From Oscillospiraceae bacterium (GTDB taxonomy: Bacteria > Bacillota > Clostridia > Oscillospirales > Oscillospiraceae): a DNA stretch of 31,915 nt. The position numbers and the translations under genes were made by a program. The notes beneath the pieces were generated by a model. That model did no database searches. It saw nothing but the letters and a program-made list of their open reading frames with translations, and was not told the origin of the DNA. Position 1 is the stretch's first letter, and every line of letters starts with the position of its first letter. The DNA is taken from assembly GCA_016290695.1 (NCBI GenBank), contig JAEEUX010000001.1:1-31915 (forward strand). Direction: 5' to 3'. Of this stretch, positions 24,768 to 31,915 are shown piece by piece.

Positions 24768-26285
24768 ATGACAGACGATAATAACGATATTTTCTCCGGC
24801 TTTTCCTCGGGTAAGGACGAAGCCTTTGAAGAGTTTTTGAGGAGCATCGAACCTGAAGAGTCGGAGCAGAAGACGTCGGGCGCCGGCTTTGACGATTCCG
24901 AGATTATAAGCGACGAAGACCTTGCTAAGCTTCTCGGCATGAGCAGCGAGGAATTCAAAAACGTCGAAGCCTCGGTGGATGATAATACCCATGTTTATAA
25001 GGATGGTCTTCCCGCGGATAACCGGCGCGGAGACGCGAAAGACAAGAAGGATCGATCGGATAAGCTCGATATGACCCGGCGTATAGATTCTGCCGCAAGC
25101 CTTAGAACGGAAGCTGCCGAGCATAAGAAGGAACACGGTGAAGGCAAGGCGCAGCCAAAGAAGGATGAGGCGGAATCTGTGCCCCGCGAGGCGGAACCGT
25201 CAGAGAAACAAGAGGAGGTTACGCGCGCTGTGTATCGACGCAAAAACAGACGTCTCGGCTGCATGGGTGGCCTGCTCTATTTCATAATGATAGTCTGCAT
25301 CAGCGCGGTTCTCGCAGCCGTCGCCTGGGTGGCGGCGAACGACGTTCTCTCGCTCAATAAGCCTGAGGCAAAAGCGACAATAGTTGTTGCCGAGAATTTT
25401 ACCATAGACGAAGTAGCAGATTCTCTTAAGGAAGGCGGCATAATCCAATATCCCATACTATTCAAGCTCTTCGCCGGATTCTCCCACGCTTCCGAAAAGA
25501 TAGACCCCGGCGAGTACGAAATCAGCTCACAGCTTGATTACCGCGCCATTGTTACGCATCTCCAGCGCGGAGCTACGGAAGCTGTTACGACGAAACTCAC
25601 CATCCCAGAGGGCAAGACCGTGAAACAGACCTTTGAATTACTTGAAGAAGCGAATGTCTGCACGGTTGCCGAGCTTGAAGAGTACGCCAAAAACGGCGAG
25701 CTTGATTATTCCTTCCTCTCGCCGGATAAGCTTGGCTCGGACACGAGACTTGAGGGCTTCCTCTTCCCGGATACCTACGAGTTTTACGAGGAAGCGAGTC
25801 CGAAATACACGATCGAGAAATTCCTCGATAACTTCAAGCGCCGTATAACCGATGAAATGTACGCGCAGGCAGCGGAGCTGGGCAGGCCCTTCAACGAGAT
25901 ACTTACCGTCGCATCGATGATAGAGATGGAAGCCGCGTCAGATGCTGAAAGACCGCGTATTGCCTCCGTCATCTATAACCGCCTTAACAGCAGCTCCTTC
26001 GGTTATTTGCAGATAGACGCGACGGTTCAGTACGCTCTTGAAGAACGCAAGGATAAGCTCAGCTATGATGATCTTGAGGTGGATAGCCCGTATAACACCT
26101 ATAAGTACCAGGGCCTCCCGCCGGGACCCATTGCGAACCCGGGACTTGCCTCTATAAAAGCAGCGCTCAATCCCGAGAGTACGAGCTATTATTACTATGC
26201 GCTCAAGAAAGACGGAACGCATAAATTCTTTACCAATTATTCAGAATTTGAAGCCTTTGTCGCAAGCTCCGACTTCGGCGGATAA
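24768..26285 (+). CDS. mltG: Endolytic transglycosylase MltG with a long acidic cytoplasmic N-terminus
   Basis: TM helix, TIPEG, LEGFLFPDTY, ASMIEME (catalytic Glu region), LQIDATVQY, SPYNTY...GLPPGPIANPG; GAGGTG RBS before ATG 24768. Confidence 0.93.
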   Translation: MTDDNNDIFSGFSSGKDEAFEEFLRSIEPEESEQKTSGAGFDDSEIISDEDLAKLLGMSSEEFKNVEASVDDNTHVYKDGLPADNRRGDAKDKKDRSDKLDMTRRIDSAASLRTEAAEHKKEHGEGKAQPKKDEAESVPREAEPSEKQEEVTRAVYRRKNRRLGCMGGLLYFIMIVCISAVLAAVAWVAANDVLSLNKPEAKATIVVAENFTIDEVADSLKEGGIIQYPILFKLFAGFSHASEKIDPGEYEISSQLDYRAIVTHLQRGATEAVTTKLTIPEGKTVKQTFELLEEANVCTVAELEEYAKNGELDYSFLSPDKLGSDTRLEGFLFPDTYEFYEEASPKYTIEKFLDNFKRRITDEMYAQAAELGRPFNEILTVASMIEMEAASDAERPRIASVIYNRLNSSSFGYLQIDATVQYALEERKDKLSYDDLEVDSPYNTYKYQGLPPGPIANPGLASIKAALNPESTSYYYYALKKDGTHKFFTNYSEFEAFVASSDFGG

Positions 26286-26327
26286 GCGGATAAAATATAG
26301 ATTTATATAACTGGGGGACTTCCTGAA

Positions 26328-28967
26328 ATGGAAAAATTAGGCCTTAATGAAATAAGAGAAAAATTTCTGTCCTTTTTTGAGACGAAGGGGCATCTTCGCC
26401 TTCCGAGTTTTTCGCTTATTCCGCAAAACGACGCTTCTCTTCTGCTCATAAATTCCGGCATGGCGCCCATGAAGCCCTATTTTACGGGCGAAGTCGAGCC
26501 GCCGAGAAGAAGAGTCTGCACCTGCCAGAAGTGCATCAGAACCGGCGATATTGAAAACATCGGCAAAACCGCCCGCCACGGAACTTATTTTGAAATGCTC
26601 GGCAACTTCTCATTTGGAGATTACTTCAAAAGAGAGGCCCTTTCCTGGAGCTGGGAGTTTCTCACCTCTCCCGAGTGGATGGCGATAGACCCCTCGAGGC
26701 TCTATCCCTCCATTTATGTAGACGACGATGAAGCCTTCGATATATGGACAAAGGAAATCGGCGTCGCGCCCGAGCGCATCACCCGCTTCGGCAAGGAGGA
26801 TAATTTCTGGGAGCATGGCTCCGGCCCCTGCGGCCCCTGCTCGGAGATTTACTTTGACCGCGGCGAGAAGTACGGCTGCGGCAAGCCGGACTGCAAGGTT
26901 GGCTGCGACTGCGACCGTTTCATAGAGATTTGGAACAACGTTTTTTCCCAGTTCAATAACGATGGGAACGGCAACTATACCGAGCTTGCTCAGAAAAACA
27001 TAGATACCGGCATGGGTCTTGAACGCCTCGCCGTCGTCTGCCAGGATGTTGACTCGCTCTTCGACGTTGATACCGTTATGAACATAACGAACAAGGTTTC
27101 GGAGATTACGGGCGCAAGATACGGCCAGAGCCATAAGACGGATGTTTCCCTCAGAGTCATTACAGACCATATCCGTTCCGCCACGTTTATGATTTCAGAT
27201 GGCGTCCTCCCCTCGAACGAGGGCAGAGGCTATGTCCTCAGAAGGCTTCTCCGCCGCGCCGCGCGCCACGGAAAGCTCCTCGGCGTGAACGAGCCCTTCC
27301 TCTATAAAGTCTGCGACATGGTTATCCATGAAAACGTCTGTGCCTATCCCGAGCTCGGCGAGAAGAAGGATTACATCACTCGCATCATCCGCCTTGAGGA
27401 AGAGAATTTCGCCAGAACCATCGACGGCGGCATGAAGATTTTTGAAGAGCTGCTTTCCGGCCACAGAGAGCGCGGGGAGAGCGTATTTTCCGGCGCCGAC
27501 GCCTTTAAGCTTTACGATACCTACGGTTTCCCGATCGACCTCACTATCGAAATGGTCGAGGAAGCGGGCATGAAGGTTGACCAGGAGGGCTTTGACAAGC
27601 TCATGCTTGAGCAGCGTGAACGCGCGAGAGAGGCGCGCAAGGCGCTCGGAGACCTCGCATGGGCGGGCATTGACCTCGGCATTGACGACAATACGCCCAC
27701 CGAGTTCCTCGGCTATACCGAGACCGAAGCAAAGGGCAAGGTCATCGCAATCGTGGCTGAGGGCGAAGCCTGCGCTTCCGCAAGAGAAGGGAACGAGGCT
27801 ATAATCGTTCTCGACAAGACCCCGTTCTATGCGGAAATGGGAGGCCAGGTTGCCGACCACGGAACACTTACGAACGGCAATATGCGCTTTGAGGTAACTG
27901 ACGTTCAGAAAAATAAGGGCGGCAAATTCCTGCATTACGGCAAGATAGTTTCCGGCTCCGTCTCCGTTGAGGACGAGGTCGTCGCCGCTATTGACACCGC
28001 CCGCAGAGCAGCTATCATGCGCGCTCACAGCGCCACGCACCTTCTTCAGAAGGCTCTGCGCGACGTTCTCGGCGATCACGTTCATCAGGCGGGCTCCCTC
28101 GTTGAGCCTGACAGACTCCGTTTCGACTTTACCCATTTCTCCGCGATAAGCGGCGAAGAGATGGCGAAAATCACCAACGAAGTCCTCGAAATGGTCATGG
28201 ACGGCATGAACGTAGATATCCGCGAAATGCCCATTGAGGAAGCTAAAAAATCCGGCGCGACGGCGCTTTTCGGCGAGAAATACGGCGATATCGTCCGCGT
28301 CGTAAACATGGGCGGCAAGTCAATAGAATTCTGCGGCGGAACGCATCTTGACAACACTGCAAAGGTCGGGCCTTTCCGCATAGTCTCAGAAAGCTCCATC
28401 GCTTCCGGCGTTCGCAGAATCGAAGCGATTACCGGCAAGGCTGTCATGGCTCAGCTTGACGAGTTTTACGCTAAGCTCTCGACTCTTTCCGAAATTCTCA
28501 AGACCACTCCCGGCGAGCTTATGACTAAGGCCGAGAACATGGTCAAGGAAATGAAGAATCTCAGACAGACCCTCGAAAAGCTTCAGGACGGAGCTCTTTC
28601 CGGCAAGGCGGAAAGTTTCCTCGTTGCCGCCAAGGAGATTAAGGGTCTCAAGGTGTTTACCGCGACGCAGACGGGGCTTACGGCGGATGATCTCCGCAAG
28701 CTCGGAGACTTTATCCGCGACAGGGAGCCGAAGGCGGTCGCCGTGCTCGCTTCTGTGAATGACGATAAAATAACCTTCCTCGCCGTATGTGGCAAGGAAG
28801 CCGTCGAAAAGGGCATCAAGGCCGGCGAAATAATCAAGAACGTATCCAAGCTTTGCGGCGGCAGCGGCGGCGGTAAGCCGGACAGCGCAATGGGCGGCGG
28901 CAAGGACGTTCTTGCCCTCGATAACGCCCTCGCCACGGTAGATGATTTCGTGAGCAGTAAAATCTGA
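26328..28967 (+). CDS. alaS: Alanine--tRNA ligase
   Basis: LLLINSGMAPMK, TYFEMLGNFSFGDYFK, DTGMGLER, editing HSATH and CGGTH, C-terminal GGSGGG. Confidence 0.98.
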   Translation: MEKLGLNEIREKFLSFFETKGHLRLPSFSLIPQNDASLLLINSGMAPMKPYFTGEVEPPRRRVCTCQKCIRTGDIENIGKTARHGTYFEMLGNFSFGDYFKREALSWSWEFLTSPEWMAIDPSRLYPSIYVDDDEAFDIWTKEIGVAPERITRFGKEDNFWEHGSGPCGPCSEIYFDRGEKYGCGKPDCKVGCDCDRFIEIWNNVFSQFNNDGNGNYTELAQKNIDTGMGLERLAVVCQDVDSLFDVDTVMNITNKVSEITGARYGQSHKTDVSLRVITDHIRSATFMISDGVLPSNEGRGYVLRRLLRRAARHGKLLGVNEPFLYKVCDMVIHENVCAYPELGEKKDYITRIIRLEEENFARTIDGGMKIFEELLSGHRERGESVFSGADAFKLYDTYGFPIDLTIEMVEEAGMKVDQEGFDKLMLEQRERAREARKALGDLAWAGIDLGIDDNTPTEFLGYTETEAKGKVIAIVAEGEACASAREGNEAIIVLDKTPFYAEMGGQVADHGTLTNGNMRFEVTDVQKNKGGKFLHYGKIVSGSVSVEDEVVAAIDTARRAAIMRAHSATHLLQKALRDVLGDHVHQAGSLVEPDRLRFDFTHFSAISGEEMAKITNEVLEMVMDGMNVDIREMPIEEAKKSGATALFGEKYGDIVRVVNMGGKSIEFCGGTHLDNTAKVGPFRIVSESSIASGVRRIEAITGKAVMAQLDEFYAKLSTLSEILKTTPGELMTKAENMVKEMKNLRQTLEKLQDGALSGKAESFLVAAKEIKGLKVFTATQTGLTADDLRKLGDFIRDREPKAVAVLASVNDDKITFLAVCGKEAVEKGIKAGEIIKNVSKLCGGSGGGKPDSAMGGGKDVLALDNALATVDDFVSSKI

Positions 28968-28987
28968 TTATACTGGAGGGAAACCGA

Positions 28988-29329
28988 ATGGAAGATTGCC
29001 TTTTTTGTAAAATTGCAGCCGGGGAAATTCCGTCCAAATGCGTTTATCAGGACGATCAGGTCTACGCATTTTACGATATTGACCCTCAGGCTCCAACGCA
29101 TTTTCTCGTTATCCCCAAGAAGCATATCGAGTCCGTCGCCGCGATAAACGCCGAAAACTCCGGCATCGTCGCGCACGCCTTTGAGGTAATAGCCAAGCTT
29201 GCTTCGGAGATGGGCTTCAAGGAAGGCTTCCGCGTTGTTTCCAACTGCGGTAAGCAGGCGGGGCAGAGCGTTTTTCATCTGCATTTTCACGTTCTCTCAG
29301 GACGTGATATGACATGGCCTCCCGGCTGA
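28988..29329 (+). CDS. Histidine triad (HIT/HinT) nucleotide-binding protein
   Basis: DCLFCKIA, DIDPQAPTH, GQSVFHLHFH (HxHxH). Confidence 0.93.
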   Translation: MEDCLFCKIAAGEIPSKCVYQDDQVYAFYDIDPQAPTHFLVIPKKHIESVAAINAENSGIVAHAFEVIAKLASEMGFKEGFRVVSNCGKQAGQSVFHLHFHVLSGRDMTWPPG

Positions 29330-29365
29330 CAAACAAATAATGACAAAGAAAGGAAGATTGCCGCC

Positions 29366-31684
29366 ATGAGAAAGCTTGCGTGTTTTGCGTTCGCGTTCTC
29401 AGCGGCAATCTTTCTTGTGAGTATATCAGATCACATCACCGTCGTGTTTGCGGCGGTTTTCGCAGCTCTGCTCGCGGTGACCGTTATTTTCGGCGCGCTG
29501 CGAAGGAAGGCTGCGCCATATTTATCCGTTATTGTGCTCGGCGCCTTGTTCGGCGCGGCTTGGTTCTTTGTCTATAACATTATCTTTATAAAACCAGCTC
29601 TCACGCTTTGCGGGGACAGGGTGGAGCTTAGCGCCGTAGTGCTCGATTCTTCGGAGCCGAGAGATTACGGCGTGAGGACAGAGGTGAGGCTGCTGCGGGA
29701 CGATATGATGTCGCCGCGCGCTCTCGTCTATGAATTCGGAGAAGACAGAATACTTGAACCCGGCGATGTGATAAGCCTCAGCGGCAAGGTCCTTTCAAGC
29801 GGGCGTGAGACGGAAAACGATTATTTCTTCTCACGCGGCATACCTCTTTTCGTGTACGCGGATGGGAGCGCCGAGCTTCAAGACGATAAATTAGACGCGG
29901 GTAAATACAAGAAACTCATTTTTCTCCACCGCGTCTGTGCGAAGAAAATTAACAATAAAATCGAAGAGATATTCCCACCCTTTGCCGTTGGCATAATGCA
30001 GGCTGTGCTTACAGGAACAAGGCTGCGCCTTAACGACGACTCATATCTTGTTTCCACGCTGCGCACTGCGGGAGCGGCGCACATTGTCGCGGTTTCGGGG
30101 ATGCATCTTGTTTTCCTTGTGGGTTTGCTGCGGCTTGTTTTCGGTAAGGGACGCATCGGGAACCTTATCTGTATCCCGGTTATAATCGCGTTCATGGCGC
30201 TGACGGGCTTCACGGCATCCGTCGTTCGCGCGGGAGTTATGCAGATAACTATGCTTGTCGGACTCTCATTTCGCTGGGATTATGACGGTATTACGGCGCT
30301 TGCTCTGGCGCTTCTGCTGCTCTGCATGCAGAACCCTATGTCAGTGAAAAACGGCGGCCTGCAGCTATCCTTTGCCGCGACGCTCGGAATGCTGCTCTTT
30401 TCGGATAAGCTATATAATTTCTTTCTGCGCCCGTTCAGAGAAGGGCGCTTCAAGCGCCTTTACCGGGGTAAGCTGAGGAGAAAGGGCCTTTCGTTCGTCG
30501 CAGCCTCCGCTTCCTCGTCGCTCAGCGCGCTTGTTTTCACTGTCCCCATTACTGCGCTTATGTTTGGTTCTGTTTCCGTAATTGCGCCCGTGACCAATCT
30601 TCTCGTGCTTTGGGCTGTTTCGTTTATGTTCGCGACGGGCGCCATTGCCGTCGCAATCGGCATGGTGTTTTCGCCCGCGGGACATATCTTGGCGCTGCTG
30701 TCCTCAGCCTTTGTCTGGTATGTTCGTGCGGTGAGCTCCGCGCTTGCGAGGCTGCCCTTTGCCTCTGTCTACACGATTAGCCCTTATATCAAGGCGTGGC
30801 TCGTGTTTATGTATGCGGAGTTCATCACGCTCTTTTTCATGAAGGGCGTTCGCGGGCGCTTTGCGCTTTTTGTGGCATCAAACTTAGTCGTTCTCTCGGC
30901 TGCAGCGGGTTTCAGCCGCCTTGAAAGCGCGCTGGGCAAGGTAACCGTCACGGTTCTCGACGTGGGACAGGGACAATCCATCGCATTGAGCAGTGAGGGA
31001 CACTACGTCCTGGTAGACTGCGGCGGCGATTCGTATACCAACGCGGGAGATATTGCCGCGGAATACTTTGCCTCAATGGGACAAAACTCGCTCGACGCGC
31101 TTATACTGACGCACTTTCACAGCGACCACGTAAACGGCGCGGCTGAACTGTTGAACAGAATGAGCGTTGATACCCTTATTATCCCTGAACTGAACGAGGA
31201 AGAAGGCGGTTTCAGAGATTACATAATTAATAAAGCAGAGGAACAGGGGACTGACATCGTTATAGTGGACGACGATTCATTTGAATACGCCTTTGGCAGC
31301 GTGAAAAGCCAAATCATTCCACCGCTCGGAGGAAAGAATCTTAACGAAATGGGGCTTTCCGCCGTTTTCAGCTCAGGGGATTTTGACCTTGTCATAACAG
31401 GCGACATGAACGCCGATACGGAATATCGCCTGACGGAGTATACCCAGCTGCCGGATGCGGAGCTTTTCATCGCAGGCCACCACGGCTCCAAGGCATCAAA
31501 TTCAGAAAAGCTTCTCAGCACCATTACTCCGGAATGCGTTATAATATCACTTGGAGAAAATAACTACGGTCATCCGTCCGAGGAAATCTTGGCTCGCTTC
31601 AAAAACGCGGGCGCGGAGGTTTACAGGACAGATGTAAATGGAACCGTAACGGTAAGACTCGGCAAAGATGGGGGAGATGATTAA
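29366..31684 (+). CDS. comEC: DNA internalization competence protein ComEC/Rec2
   Basis: Multi-TM Competence domain (HIVAVSGMHL, ASVVRA, GLQLSF) and C-terminal metallo-beta-lactamase domain (LDVGQG, THFHSDH, GHHGS). Confidence 0.94.
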   Translation: MRKLACFAFAFSAAIFLVSISDHITVVFAAVFAALLAVTVIFGALRRKAAPYLSVIVLGALFGAAWFFVYNIIFIKPALTLCGDRVELSAVVLDSSEPRDYGVRTEVRLLRDDMMSPRALVYEFGEDRILEPGDVISLSGKVLSSGRETENDYFFSRGIPLFVYADGSAELQDDKLDAGKYKKLIFLHRVCAKKINNKIEEIFPPFAVGIMQAVLTGTRLRLNDDSYLVSTLRTAGAAHIVAVSGMHLVFLVGLLRLVFGKGRIGNLICIPVIIAFMALTGFTASVVRAGVMQITMLVGLSFRWDYDGITALALALLLLCMQNPMSVKNGGLQLSFAATLGMLLFSDKLYNFFLRPFREGRFKRLYRGKLRRKGLSFVAASASSSLSALVFTVPITALMFGSVSVIAPVTNLLVLWAVSFMFATGAIAVAIGMVFSPAGHILALLSSAFVWYVRAVSSALARLPFASVYTISPYIKAWLVFMYAEFITLFFMKGVRGRFALFVASNLVVLSAAAGFSRLESALGKVTVTVLDVGQGQSIALSSEGHYVLVDCGGDSYTNAGDIAAEYFASMGQNSLDALILTHFHSDHVNGAAELLNRMSVDTLIIPELNEEEGGFRDYIINKAEEQGTDIVIVDDDSFEYAFGSVKSQIIPPLGGKNLNEMGLSAVFSSGDFDLVITGDMNADTEYRLTEYTQLPDAELFIAGHHGSKASNSEKLLSTITPECVIISLGENNYGHPSEEILARFKNAGAEVYRTDVNGTVTVRLGKDGGDD

Positions 31685-31687
31685 ACA

Positions 31688-31915
31688 ATGTGCGCCGCAA
31701 AGAAAAACGATGAATACAAGTCCTATGCGGATTTCAGAAAACTCAAGAGCGTTGAGGACCTTGCTAACTGCTATGTATTCTTCGGAGACGAGGATTATTT
31801 AAAAGAAATATGCGTAAATGAGCTTAGAAAAAAGCTGCTTACCGAGGATGAAGAGGCTTTCAATTACCATAAATTCAGTTCCCCGACGGAACTCGACGAG
31901 CTTTCCGAGGCAATC
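31688..31915 (+). CDS. holA: DNA polymerase III delta subunit, N-terminal part (runs off the window)
   Basis: Translated by hand: MCAAKKNDEYKSYADFRKLKSVEDLANCYVFFGDEDYLKEICVNELRKKLLTEDEEAFNYHKF...; the YVFFG-EDYL and FNY motifs and the comEC-holA order are typical. Confidence 0.8.
   Translation, partial: MCAAKKNDEYKSYADFRKLKSVEDLANCYVFFGDEDYLKEICVNELRKKLLTEDEEAFNYHKFSSPTELDELSEAI

Noticed and set aside
27195-28136. 313-aa minus-strand ORF (and other antisense ORFs over dxs, nadK, guaB, alaS and comEC)
   Set aside because: They lie wholly opposite well-supported genes and show no independent signals.

Overview
A mostly housekeeping chromosomal window from a spore-forming Clostridia-class Firmicute; the gene order and protein style suggest an Oscillospiraceae-like organism (inference). 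Gene content in order: rlmN-stp-prkC-rsgA-hypothetical; dxs-tlyA-nadK-[RelB/DinJ-type antitoxin + YoeB toxin]-argR-recN-DUF3574-like; T-box(Tyr)-tyrS; a minus-strand family-4 UDG-DUF2156-GNAT operon; an orphan membrane protein; minus-strand DUF6062, spoVAD and spoVAE; Ogg glycosylase; guaB-cobB-WecB/TagA-tmk; mltG-alaS-HIT-comEC-holA (partial). I saw no rRNA, tRNA, CRISPR array, integrase or transposase. The most notable unexplained signals are: (1) a ~270-bp element closed by a 23-bp imperfect inverted repeat and filled with nested stems (19294-19562); (2) a toxin-antitoxin islet bounded by an exact 14-bp direct repeat that splits nadK from argR; (3) a 46-aa Cys/Gly-rich membrane peptide missed by the ORF track, lying antisense to a sigma-A-type promoter; (4) a TyrRS whose HIGH motif reads TAGH; (5) a probable CTG start codon for Ogg; (6) a stand-alone DUF2156 plus GNAT pair. 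All promoters, folds and family assignments were read by eye; no search or folding program was run.
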